From: an uncultured Alphaproteobacteria bacterium
GTDB lineage: Bacteria > Pseudomonadota > Alphaproteobacteria > Rhizobiales > Kaistiaceae
Assembly (NCBI GenBank): GCA_963782395.1
Contig: CAWAJQ010000003.1
Location: 71,364 to 135,363, forward strand
Length of the DNA: 64,000 bases
Direction: 5' to 3'
The notes beneath the pieces are model-generated. The model saw only the letters and a list, made by a program, of their open reading frames with translations, was not told where the DNA came from and made no database searches. Each line of letters begins with the position of its first letter. Position 1 is the first letter of the stretch. Below are positions 24,721-33,855 of this stretch, piece after piece. The position numbers were made by a program, and so were the translations under genes.

Positions 24721-26193
24721 TTGCAGGAGCACATCGCCGACCTCACCGGCATCGCCTTCATCACGACGGTCGCCGTTTTGCTCGGCTTCTTGCTCGTCCG
24801 TCTGCGCCAGCCGCCGATCGTCGGCTACATCCTCACCGGCGTCGTGTTGGGGCCGACCGGCTTCGGCCTCGTCAGCCATACCGACACGATCACGCTGCTC
24901 GCCGAACTCGGCGTGATCATGCTCCTGTTCCTGGTCGGCATGGAGCTGTCGGTGCGCGCCTTCGCGCGCGTGGCCGGACTGGCGGCAACGATCACCGTCG
25001 GTCAGGTGGTCGTGGCGCTGGCGTTCACCGGCGCCTTCGGCTGGCTCTCCGGCTGGCCGGTGAGCCAGATCGTCGTCCTCGGCTTCATCGTGGCGATCTC
25101 CTCGACCGCGGTCGCGGTTCAGATGCTGGAGGAGGTCGGCGAGCTGCGCACGCCCACCGGGCAGATCACCGTCGGCGTGCTGATCGCCCAGGACATCGCC
25201 GTGGTGCCGATGCTGATCATCATCGGCTCGCTCAGCACCACCGGTGGCAACGGCGCCTGGCTGGCGGCAAAGCTCGGCCTCGCGGTGGTGCTGCTGATTG
25301 CGCTGCTCGGTTATCTCGGCACGCGCCCCGGCAAGTACCGCCTGCCGTTCACCGAGGCGATGCGCGGCCGCGTGGACATGGTGGCGCTGGCCTCCATCGC
25401 CTTCTGCTTCGGCGCCGCGTCGCTGACCGGCATCCTCGGCCTGTCGGCGGCCTTTGGCGCCTTCCTGGCGGGGCTGGTCATCGCCGGCTCGACGCTGCGC
25501 ACCGAGGCGATCGCCGCCACCCATCCGATCCAGAGCATTCTGGTGGTCGTCTTCTTCCTGTCGATCGGCCTCCTCATCGACCTCCACTTCATCATCGCCA
25601 ATCTCGGCACGGTGATCTTCTTCGTCGTCGCCGTGCTGGCGGTGAAGACGGCGATCAACGTGCTGCTGATGCGCCTGGTGCGGCAGCCGTGGGAGATGGC
25701 CTTTCCGGCGGGACTGATGATCGCGCAGATCGGCGAGTTCTCCTTCGTGCTGGCGGCCACGGGGCTGGCCAACGGCTCGTTCAGCGGCGACGCCTATCGC
25801 CTCGCCATCGCGGTCATTGCGGTCTCGCTGCTGGTCAGCCCCCTGTGGATGGTCTCGGTACGCCGCTTCCACCTGGTGGCGCGCAACGGCATCTCGGATT
25901 TCCGCGCCGCCATTGCCGAGGTCTATGCCGGCGAGATCGAGGAATTCGAGCGCGGCCGGATGGCACTCGGCCGCCTCGTCCGTTTCATCGGCCGGCGGTC
26001 GAAGGCTGCCTGGATTGTGATGCGGCGGAGCGCCGCTGTCCGGCAAAAGGCCGCCGCTGAACAGGCCAGCGAACCCGCCACGGAAGAGACGCGGCCCGCC
26101 GATCTTCCGGATGCTTCCGAATTCTTCCCGCTAGGCCCTGCCCGCGCTACAATATTGGCTGAGGGCCGGGCAACCTCTGTTCGAGGAGACTAA
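24721..26193 (+). CDS. Cation:proton antiporter (CPA2/Kef-type membrane domain)
   Basis: 490 aa. LRQPPIVGYILTGVVLGPTGFGLV and LGVIMLLFLVGMEL motifs. TTG start. Confidence 0.8.
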   Translation: MQEHIADLTGIAFITTVAVLLGFLLVRLRQPPIVGYILTGVVLGPTGFGLVSHTDTITLLAELGVIMLLFLVGMELSVRAFARVAGLAATITVGQVVVALAFTGAFGWLSGWPVSQIVVLGFIVAISSTAVAVQMLEEVGELRTPTGQITVGVLIAQDIAVVPMLIIIGSLSTTGGNGAWLAAKLGLAVVLLIALLGYLGTRPGKYRLPFTEAMRGRVDMVALASIAFCFGAASLTGILGLSAAFGAFLAGLVIAGSTLRTEAIAATHPIQSILVVVFFLSIGLLIDLHFIIANLGTVIFFVVAVLAVKTAINVLLMRLVRQPWEMAFPAGLMIAQIGEFSFVLAATGLANGSFSGDAYRLAIAVIAVSLLVSPLWMVSVRRFHLVARNGISDFRAAIAEVYAGEIEEFERGRMALGRLVRFIGRRSKAAWIVMRRSAAVRQKAAAEQASEPATEETRPADLPDASEFFPLGPARATILAEGRATSVRGD

Positions 26194-26195
26194 CG

Positions 26196-26507
26196 ATGCG
26201 GATATTGGCCGGACTTTTCGGGTTGGCAGCACTGCTGATGCTGGCTGCGCCGCATGCGGCAAGCGCGGCGCCGCCGCGCGTATCGGCCTATAGCTGCGGC
26301 TATCTGGCCTCGACCATCGGGCCGAGCCATGTCTGGCGGACCTGGTTCCGCGGTTCGCGCAGGCAGCTTTTCGGGCGGCCCGACTGGTACGTGGCGTCGC
26401 CCTGCTTCAAGACGCAGGCCGCGTGCAAGGCTTGGCTCTATTGGGCGCAGACCGACTGGCCAATGAGAAGCACCTTCACGCCGTGCCGCAGGGGCATCGG
26501 CTACTGA
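26196..26507 (+). CDS. Secreted hypothetical protein (103 aa, 4 Cys)
   Basis: GAGGAG RBS. Signal peptide MRILAGLFGLAALLMLAAPHAASA. Confidence 0.55.
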   Translation: MRILAGLFGLAALLMLAAPHAASAAPPRVSAYSCGYLASTIGPSHVWRTWFRGSRRQLFGRPDWYVASPCFKTQAACKAWLYWAQTDWPMRSTFTPCRRGIGY

Positions 26508-26522
26508 CGGCCGGCCGCGGTC

Positions 26523-26560
26523 AAAAAAGGCGCGGCATCCGAAGCTGCCGCGCCCTTCTT
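26523..26560. terminator. Bidirectional rho-independent terminator
   Basis: AAAAAA, then GGCGCGGCA-(8 nt)-TGCCGCGCC, then CTTCTT, between convergent genes. Confidence 0.7.
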
Positions 26561-26579
26561 CAAGTCGTGAAGGCCGCCG

Positions 26580-27188
26580 TCAGGCGTGCGCCATCGCGCG
26601 CTCATACATCTCGAGGACGTAGTCCCAGTTGATCAGGTGATCGACGAAGGCCTCGAGGTATTTCGGCCGCGCATTGCGATAGTCGATGTAATAGGAGTGC
26701 TCCCATACATCGACGCCGAGGATCGGCGTGCCACCGTGAACCAGCGGATTCTCGCCGTTCGGCGTCTTCATGATGGTGAGCTTGCCGTTCTGGACCGCGA
26801 GCCAGGCCCAGCCCGATCCGAACTGGGTGGCGCCGGCTGCCGTGAAGTCGGCCTTGAACTTGTCGTAGCCGCCGAGGTCGGCGTCGACCGCCTTGGCCAG
26901 GGCACCGGGCAGCTTGGTGCCGCCGCCGTCCTTCTTCATCCATTTCCAGAAATGAATGTGGTTGTAGTGCTGGCCGGCATTGTTGAAGAGGCCGGCGTTC
27001 TTCGAATAGCTGCCCTTGACCACGTCCTCGAGGCTCTTGTCCTCAAGGCCAGAGCCCTCCAGCAGCTTGTTGCCGTTGGTGACATAGGCCTGATGGTGCT
27101 TGTCGTGGTGATATTCGAGCGTTTCCTTCGACATGTAGGGCTGCAACGCCTCATAGTCGTAAGGCAGGGCGGGAAGTTCGAAAGCCAT
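26580..27188 (-). CDS. sodB: Fe/Mn superoxide dismutase
   Basis: MAFELPALPYDYEALQPYMSKETLEYHHDKHHQAYV ... DVWEHSYYIDYRN. Confidence 0.9.
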   Translation of the reverse strand: MAFELPALPYDYEALQPYMSKETLEYHHDKHHQAYVTNGNKLLEGSGLEDKSLEDVVKGSYSKNAGLFNNAGQHYNHIHFWKWMKKDGGGTKLPGALAKAVDADLGGYDKFKADFTAAGATQFGSGWAWLAVQNGKLTIMKTPNGENPLVHGGTPILGVDVWEHSYYIDYRNARPKYLEAFVDHLINWDYVLEMYERAMAHA

Positions 27189-27334
27189 GGGGACACTCCT
27201 CTGAAGCGTTGAACAGACGATGGCGCCGGGCGCCGGGCGGCGCGCGGCAAAGGCTACGGGGCAGAAGGATTCGCCGGGGAAGATAGGTCGCCGCGAGCGG
27301 TCCGGCAACCGGAGACGGATTGGTCTGGCTCCTC

Positions 27335-28936
27335 TCAGCTGCGCAGGATGCTGCCCAGCACGCCGCGCACGATGGCCCGCCCGATGGAACCGCCCATCGA
27401 ACCGGCGACCTGCTTGCCGATGTCGGCCGCCAGGCCGCCGACGACACGGGTGGTGACGGTGCGCGTCACCGAGCGGGCGACCCGCTGCGTCGTGTTCAGC
27501 CTGGTGCCGCGCGAACGGTTGGTGCCGAACACGCCGCCCAGCATGCCGCCGATGCCGCCAAGGATGTCGCCGCCTCCCCCGCCGGACTGGGGGGGCTGGG
27601 CCTCGCCCTCGCTCTGCGGAGCAGTCGAGGTCGTCACCTTGGTCTCGACCCGGACGGAGAGGATCTCGAAGGCCAACTCGCGGTCGATCGCCTTGTCGTA
27701 GATGCCACCGACCGGGCTGGCGGCGATCACCGCCTTGCGCTCCTCGTCGCTGATCGCACCGATGCGCGAGGACGGCGGGCGCACCAGCGTGCGCTCGACG
27801 ATCGATGGCACGCCCTTGTCCATCAGCGTGGAAACCAGAGCCTCGCCGACGCCGAGCTGGCTGATGACCTCTGCCGCAGAGAAGTCCGGATTGGGCCGGA
27901 ATGTCTCGGCCGCGGCCTTGACGGCCTTCTGGTCGCGCGGAGTGAAGGCGCGCAACGCATGCTGCACGCGGTTGCCCATCTGGCCGAGCACGATGTCCGG
28001 AACGTCGAGCGGGTTCTGGGTGACGAAATAGATGCCCACGCCCTTGGAGCGGATCAGACGCACGACCTGCTCGATCTTCTCCAGCAGCGCCTTCGGCGCA
28101 TCGTTGAAGAGCAGGTGGGCCTCGTCGAAGAAGAACACAATGCGCGGCTTTTCCGGGTCGCCCACCTCGGGCAGTTCCTCGAACAGCTCCGACATCAGCC
28201 AGAGCAGGAAGGTGGCGTAGAGCCTGGGCGAGGCCATCAGCTTGTCGGCGGCGAGAATGTTGATGACGCCGCGCCCGGTCGTGGGCTCGGTGCGGATCAT
28301 CTGCTTGATGTCGAGCGCCGGCTCGCCGAAGAATGTGGCGCCGCCCTGCTGTTCGAGCACCAGCAGCTTGCGCTGGACGGTGCCGATCGTCGCCTTGGAG
28401 ACGTTGCCGTAGCGCGTGGTCAGCTCCGAGGCTTCTTCGGCGAGGTGGGTGAGCATCGCCTGCAGGTCCTTGAGGTCGAGAAGCAGCAGGCCCTCGTCGT
28501 CGGCGACGCGGAAGGCGATATTGATCACGCCCTCCTGGGTGTCGTTGAGGTCGAGAAGACGGGCGAGCAACAGAGGCCCGATCTCGGAGACGGTGCTGCG
28601 GATCGGGTGGCCCTCTTCGCCGAACAGGTCCCAGAAGACGACCGGAAACGCCTCCAACTTGTATTCGTCGGTGAAGCCGATCTGCTCCGCCCGCTTGGCA
28701 AGAAAATCCTTCGGCGTGCCGGCCTCGGCCAGCCCCGCCACGTCGCCCTTCACATCGGCGCAGAAGACCGGCACGCCGGCGGCCGAGAAGCCCTCCGAGA
28801 GCACCTGGAGGCTGACCGTCTTGCCCGTCCCGGTGGCGCCGGTGATGAGGCCGTGCCGGTTGCCGTAGCGTAGTTCGATGTATTCCGGCTTCGTGCTCGT
28901 GCCGATAAAAACCTTGCCCTGCTCAAGAAGCGCCAT
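27335..28936 (-). CDS. HerA-like helicase/ATPase, DUF853 (YjgR) family
   Basis: Start MALLEQGKVFIG. Walker A GATGTGKT. Gly-rich C-terminal tail. Confidence 0.8.
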   Translation of the reverse strand: MALLEQGKVFIGTSTKPEYIELRYGNRHGLITGATGTGKTVSLQVLSEGFSAAGVPVFCADVKGDVAGLAEAGTPKDFLAKRAEQIGFTDEYKLEAFPVVFWDLFGEEGHPIRSTVSEIGPLLLARLLDLNDTQEGVINIAFRVADDEGLLLLDLKDLQAMLTHLAEEASELTTRYGNVSKATIGTVQRKLLVLEQQGGATFFGEPALDIKQMIRTEPTTGRGVINILAADKLMASPRLYATFLLWLMSELFEELPEVGDPEKPRIVFFFDEAHLLFNDAPKALLEKIEQVVRLIRSKGVGIYFVTQNPLDVPDIVLGQMGNRVQHALRAFTPRDQKAVKAAAETFRPNPDFSAAEVISQLGVGEALVSTLMDKGVPSIVERTLVRPPSSRIGAISDEERKAVIAASPVGGIYDKAIDRELAFEILSVRVETKVTTSTAPQSEGEAQPPQSGGGGGDILGGIGGMLGGVFGTNRSRGTRLNTTQRVARSVTRTVTTRVVGGLAADIGKQVAGSMGGSIGRAIVRGVLGSILRS

Positions 28937-29059
28937 GGTCAATCCCAAATTCCCGCGTTGCGACCCAGACTGGAGCCTATCCCAAAATCCCTGGCATGAG
29001 GCAATTTGCAGCATATGTATCTGCAGAGCGGCGTATGGAAAGAGCCGACAGGAGAAGAC

Positions 29060-29362
29060 ATGACGCTTCAAGACCAGCCGGGCTACATCATCAAGATGCG
29101 CGCCAGGCCCGGAGCCGGTGACAAGCTGTTCGAACTGGCCACCATCGGTATGGAGAAGTCCGGCGCCTCTGACCGGTTCATCATCCTGCGCGAGGATGAA
29201 GACCCCGATGTGCTGTGGAACATCGAGGTGTTCAGGTCTGATGCGGCGAAGGACGGTTACGAAAAGAGCCCGCTGGCCGACGAGCTCCGGGACGAGATCC
29301 TGGACCTCCTTGCCGAACCGCCGATGCGAATCCCGGTTCACCCCTACTCTGCCGCCCCTTGA
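29060..29362 (+). CDS. ABM-domain (antibiotic biosynthesis monooxygenase-like) protein
   Basis: About 100 aa with a GGAGAAG RBS. The pattern YIIKMRARPG...DVLWNIEVFRSDAAKDGY resembles putative quinol monooxygenases. Confidence 0.5.
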   Translation: MTLQDQPGYIIKMRARPGAGDKLFELATIGMEKSGASDRFIILREDEDPDVLWNIEVFRSDAAKDGYEKSPLADELRDEILDLLAEPPMRIPVHPYSAAP

Positions 29363-29486
29363 GGGAATTTCGTGCCGGGTCGCCGATAACGCCGCCATGA
29401 AAGATGCGTGATGCGGCAATTCAAGCTGTTGCCTGAGGTGTTCACTCACGCAACCATGCGGGAATTGCGTTCAACAGGAGACAAGC

Positions 29487-29930
29487 ATGCGCGTGAGAAT
29501 GGCACTGGTGGCCCTGGCCTTCGGCGTGGGTCTTGCGGGGATGGCGTTTGCCGCGGACGACCCTATCCAGGCGCGTCGGGACATCATGAAGAACAATGCC
29601 GAGGCGGCGAAGACCGTCTTTACCATGATCCAGGGCAAGGCGCCCTATGACGCGGCACAAGCAGCCGCGGCAATGAAGACGCTGCAGGACGACATGGTCG
29701 TCTTCCCCACCCTGTTCCCGGAAGGCAGCGACAAGGGCAAGACGCAAGCCTCTCCGGCGATCTGGCAGAACATGGAGGATTTCAAGGCGCACGCCGCGAA
29801 ACTCGCCGCCGACGCCAAGATCGCGGAGGCCGCGGCGCCTGACGGCCTCGACGCCTTCAGCGCAGCGGCGGGTGCGGTCGGCCAGGATTGCGGAAGCTGC
29901 CACGAGCTCTACCGGCTGAGGCGCAACTAG
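29487..29930 (+). CDS. Cytochrome c' / class II c-type cytochrome
   Basis: Signal peptide. Four-helix-type sequence with a C-terminal CGSCH haem-binding motif. Confidence 0.8.
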   Translation: MRVRMALVALAFGVGLAGMAFAADDPIQARRDIMKNNAEAAKTVFTMIQGKAPYDAAQAAAAMKTLQDDMVVFPTLFPEGSDKGKTQASPAIWQNMEDFKAHAAKLAADAKIAEAAAPDGLDAFSAAAGAVGQDCGSCHELYRLRRN

Positions 29931-29962
29931 TTTCAATCGACTTTCAGCGGCGGTGCCAAACC

Positions 29963-29994
29963 ATCCCCCCTCTCCCTGCAGGGAGAGGGGGGAT
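29963..29994. repeat. REP-like perfect hairpin ATCCCCCCTCTCCC-TGCA-GGGAGAGGGGGGAT (probable bidirectional terminator)
   Basis: 14-bp perfect stem between convergent genes. Confidence 0.7.
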
Positions 29995-30018
29995 CCCATG
30001 GCCCGGCGCGGCCGATTT

Positions 30019-31392
30019 TCACTCGGCCAGCGCCGCCAGCACCCGCGCCCATGAGCGGATGCCGCCGCGGAAGCTGGCCAGATCGTATTTCTCGTTGGGC
30101 GAATGAATGCAGTCGTCTTCGAGGCTGAAGCCAATCATCAGCGAATTCATGCCGAGGATCGACTGGAAGTCGCCGATGACCGGGATCGAGCCGCCGCTGC
30201 CGACCAAGGCGGGATCCTTGCCCCATTCTTGCGCCAGGGCTTGACGCGCCCGCGGCAGCCACGGCCCGTCGAAGGGCAGGCGCAGGCCGGGGCTGCGGCC
30301 GTGGGCGGCGAATTCCACCGAGCAGTCGGCCGGGATGCGGGCGCGGACATAGGCGCGGAACGATTCGGCGATCTTTGCCGGATCCTGATCGCCGACCAGG
30401 CGGAACGACACCTTGGCCACGGCTTTCGACGGAATCACGGTCTTGAAGCCGGCGCCGGCATAGCCGCCGGCGATGCCGTTCACCTCGCAGGTTGGCCGCG
30501 ACCAGATCTGCTCCAGCACCGAGCGGCCGGCCTCGCCGGCGGGAATCGACAGCCCGACCTCGCCCAGAAATTCATCGGCGTCGAAATCGAGCCCGTCCCA
30601 CTGGCGCTTGATGTCGGCCGGCAATTCGGCGACGCCGTCATAGAATCCCGGCAGCGTGACGCGACCATCGGCGTCGTGCAGACCGGCCAGCACCTCGGCC
30701 AAAACATGCAAGGGATTGCGCGCAGCGCCGCCATACATGCCGGAATGCAGGTCGCGGCTGGCGCAGGTGACGGTGATTTCCTCACCGACCAGACCGCGCA
30801 GCGAAATGGTGATTGCTGGATGGCCGCGGCGCCACATGTCGGTATCGCAGACTAGCGCCAGATCGGCCGTCATTTCGGCCGCGTTGGCCTTGAGGAAGGG
30901 CGCCAGATTGGTACTGCCCGATTCCTCCTCGCCTTCGAGCAGCATGGAAACGCGCGCCGGCAGCTTGCCGGTGACCGCCTTCCAGGCGCGTACCGCCTCG
31001 ACGAAGGTCATCAGCTGGCCCTTGTCGTCGGCGGCGCCGCGCGCCGCAATCACCTCGATGCCGCCGGCACGCTTGACGATGCGCGGTTCGAAGGGCGGCG
31101 CGTCCCAGAGATCGATAGGATCGACCGGTTGCACGTCGTAATGGCCGTAAAACAGGAGATGCGGCCCGTCGCCGGGGTGGTGGCCGACGACGATCGGATG
31201 GCCCGGCGTTGTTCGGGGGCTGGCCTCGAAGCCAAGACCGATCAGGTTGGCGGCGAGCCAGTCGGCCGCCTTGCGACACGATTCGGCATAGGCCGGGTCG
31301 GTGGAAATGCTTTCGATGCGCAGCAGGTCGAACAGCCGGTCGCGGCTTGCAGGCAGGTTGTTGTCGATCCAGTCGAGGACGTCGGAGAGCAT
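30019..31392 (-). CDS. M20/M25/M40-family metallopeptidase (dipeptidase-like)
   Basis: 457 aa. LLFYGHYDVQP, GAADDKGQ and LLEGEEESGS motifs. Confidence 0.85.
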   Translation of the reverse strand: MLSDVLDWIDNNLPASRDRLFDLLRIESISTDPAYAESCRKAADWLAANLIGLGFEASPRTTPGHPIVVGHHPGDGPHLLFYGHYDVQPVDPIDLWDAPPFEPRIVKRAGGIEVIAARGAADDKGQLMTFVEAVRAWKAVTGKLPARVSMLLEGEEESGSTNLAPFLKANAAEMTADLALVCDTDMWRRGHPAITISLRGLVGEEITVTCASRDLHSGMYGGAARNPLHVLAEVLAGLHDADGRVTLPGFYDGVAELPADIKRQWDGLDFDADEFLGEVGLSIPAGEAGRSVLEQIWSRPTCEVNGIAGGYAGAGFKTVIPSKAVAKVSFRLVGDQDPAKIAESFRAYVRARIPADCSVEFAAHGRSPGLRLPFDGPWLPRARQALAQEWGKDPALVGSGGSIPVIGDFQSILGMNSLMIGFSLEDDCIHSPNEKYDLASFRGGIRSWARVLAALAE

Positions 31393-31505
31393 GGGCTTTC
31401 AACTTTCGGGGTGCCGGCATCAAATGATAGCGGGCCGACGGCAACGCGCAAAGGTGGCCCGTGGTTTCTAGCGCCGACGACGCAGCTGCGGAGAGCGGCG
31501 ATCCG

Positions 31506-32213
31506 TCACATCGAAATCTGGCCGTAGCGCAGGGCTTCGACGACCGTATGCGTCTTGTTGAGGGCGCGCAGCTTCTCGCTGGCGTTCTGCAGGTGCGCGT
31601 GGACGGTGCGTTGCGAGATGGTGAGGATCGCCGCGATCTCGCCAGCCGTCTTGCCGGTTGCCGACAGCTCGACGACCATGCGTTCCCGCCCGGAAAGCTC
31701 GCCGGGCCGCTCGGGTCGCAGATGGTGCAGCGCGAACAGCCGGCGGAAGGCGGCAACACAAAAAAGGTCAACGGCCAGAACTGCCGCGGTATCGAGGTCG
31801 AAATTCGAACCGCCGCCCACCACAACGCCCTGGTATGGCAGGAAAGCGCAGATCGGTACCAGGATCAGCGTGCGCCGGCCGGCATCGCCGAGATGGGCGA
31901 GAAGTGCCGATTCGTTGTCCAGCGGGTGGTCGTTGCGCTCGTCCCACAGAAAGGCCCGGCGAGCGCGGAAGGCAAGCTGCAGGACAGGATCGCTGGCGGT
32001 GATCGCCGCGCGGCGGTCATCGTGGAGATCGTTCCAGTCGAGGCGCAGGAGGAGCGGGTCGATCGGTCGGCCGGGAAGCGGCATGCCCGATACAAGGAGG
32101 CGGTCCGCGCCGAATGCCCTGAACGTGGCTTGCAGCGCGTCCAAAACCTGCACACCCGTCGCCACAGCCGCAAAGCGCTCGCTTTGCGCGATCAGGTCAC
32201 TTTCGCTTGTCAT
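31506..32213 (-). CDS. LuxR-family regulator (solo; possible autoinducer-binding N-domain)
   Basis: Start MTSESDLIAQ at 32213. C-terminal LSGRERMVVELSATGKTAGEIAAILTISQRTVHAHLQNASEKL. Confidence 0.75.
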   Translation of the reverse strand: MTSESDLIAQSERFAAVATGVQVLDALQATFRAFGADRLLVSGMPLPGRPIDPLLLRLDWNDLHDDRRAAITASDPVLQLAFRARRAFLWDERNDHPLDNESALLAHLGDAGRRTLILVPICAFLPYQGVVVGGGSNFDLDTAAVLAVDLFCVAAFRRLFALHHLRPERPGELSGRERMVVELSATGKTAGEIAAILTISQRTVHAHLQNASEKLRALNKTHTVVEALRYGQISM

Positions 32214-32490
32214 TTTGCCCCATCCCTGCCCCGCTTCAGCTAGCGGCAGGTGCACACGGCGTTCAATTGTGGAAAGTGACAGCGTCCCCACGCAGCCAGC
32301 TTCCGCCACCCCGTGGGCATCATACGATCGGCGATTGACGTGGTACAAGCGCAAATGCTCGCAACGCACTGGCAAGCGCCATAGATTTCCGGTCGCTTGC
32401 CGCGGTTTGCCGGCAGCCACGGCAAGCGCGTATAAGGCAGCGGGTTTCTACGTTCTTCAACGGAGGCGGCGTGGTTCTCCGATTGCGCTC

Positions 32491-33855
32491 ATGACGGCAC
32501 CCGTGCCCCTCGCTGGCGGATTTGCCGCCGTCACCGAGGCCGACTGGCGCACGGCCGTTGCCCGCTCCAACAAAGGTTCCGATGCCGATCTCGCCGGCTT
32601 GAGCGACGACGGGATTGCCATCGGCCCGATCTACCAGCGCGCCATTGGAGCCGGGCCGGTCGCCGGGCGATCGCCGGGTCAGAGGTGGCGGATTCTCCAG
32701 CGCGTCAGCGCGGCAACGGCAGCGGCAGCCCTTTCGACCTGCCGCGAAGAATTGGCCGGCGGGGCGGACGGTGTGATGCTCGTCTTCGCCGACAGCATTC
32801 ATCCGCTGTCCGGCAACCTGCCGGCGGACGCGGCGCATGCGCTTGCGGCCGGGCTCGTCGACATGGCGGCGGACGGTGCTGTCCTCGCGGTGGATGCGGG
32901 GCCGCGCACGCCCGAGGTCGCGACGGCATTCGTGCGCGGCGGCGGCATCTGCAATCTCGCCTTCGATCCCGTTGCCGCGGTGGCGACCGGGCGTCTGGCG
33001 GACGCGAAAGCATCGGCCGCAAAGCTGGCCGACCTTGCGGCAGGCTTCGAGGGCACGCTGGCGCTGGCCGACGGCCGCATCTGGCACGCGGCCGGTGCAT
33101 CCGAGGCGCAGGAGCTGGCCGTGGTGCTGGCGACGGTGATCGAACATCTGCGCCTGTTCGAGGCGCAAGGCATCGCACCCGGCGACGCGGCGGTGCGAAT
33201 CGGTGCGGCGCTGGCCGCAGACACCGACCAGTTCCTCACCATCGCCAAGCTGCGCGCCCTGCGCCTGTTGATCGCCCGCGCGCTGGAAGCGGCGGACATC
33301 ACCGCCAGGATCCCCATTCATGCCGAGACCGCGTGGCGCATGATGAGCCGGCGCGAGCAGCGCACGAACGTTCTGCGCACCACCGGGGCGGCCTTCGCCG
33401 CCGCCGTCGGCGGTGCCGATTCGATCACGGTGCTGCCCTTCGATGCGCTCGAGGGGCGCCCAAGCGCGGCGGCACGGCGGCTGGCACGGAACACGCAGAT
33501 GGTCATCGCCGAGGAATCGCAGCTCCCCCGTTTCGGCGACCCCGCCGCCGGCTCGGGCGCCGTCGAGGCGCTGACCGACGCGCTGGCGGAGCGGGCGTGG
33601 GGGCGGTTCCGCCATATCGAAGCCGGCGGCGGAATCCTCGCGGCGCTCGCAGCCGGTACGCTGCAGAGCGAGATCGCGGCGGCCCGCGAGGCGCGGCTGG
33701 CGCGCGTTGCCGATGGCGCCATCGAGATGATCGGCGTCAACGCCTTCGCCGCCGAGGCCGACCCGCCGCTGCCTGACGGCAGCGATCCGCCGGCGACCGC
33801 CGACGGGGCGCTGGTCTTCGCCCGGCTGGCGCAAGCGATCGAGGCCGCGTGGTGA
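32491..33855 (+). CDS. Methylmalonyl-CoA mutase small (beta) subunit-like protein
   Basis: ATG at 32491. It overlaps the start of the large subunit. Ala-rich, with the general MCM-family pattern ([15 protein letters not shown]...). Confidence 0.7.
   Translation: MTAPVPLAGGFAAVTEADWRTAVARSNKGSDADLAGLSDDGIAIGPIYQRAIGAGPVAGRSPGQRWRILQRVSAATAAAALSTCREELAGGADGVMLVFADSIHPLSGNLPADAAHALAAGLVDMAADGAVLAVDAGPRTPEVATAFVRGGGICNLAFDPVAAVATGRLADAKASAAKLADLAAGFEGTLALADGRIWHAAGASEAQELAVVLATVIEHLRLFEAQGIAPGDAAVRIGAALAADTDQFLTIAKLRALRLLIARALEAADITARIPIHAETAWRMMSRREQRTNVLRTTGAAFAAAVGGADSITVLPFDALEGRPSAAARRLARNTQMVIAEESQLPRFGDPAAGSGAVEALTDALAERAWGRFRHIEAGGGILAALAAGTLQSEIAAAREARLARVADGAIEMIGVNAFAAEADPPLPDGSDPPATADGALVFARLAQAIEAAW

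Noticed and set aside
32214-32490. Possible cobalamin riboswitch upstream of the B12-dependent mutase genes.
   Set aside because: I could not find a convincing B12 box or the conserved stems. Only a weak GCACTGG-like match is present. A covariance-model scan (Rfam RF00174) would settle it.
31555-33855. 766-aa ORF that would extend the methylmalonyl-CoA mutase small subunit upstream.
   Set aside because: The upstream 310 codons are antisense to the LuxR solo gene and are Arg/Ser-rich nonsense. The ATG at 32491 gives a sensible N-terminus.
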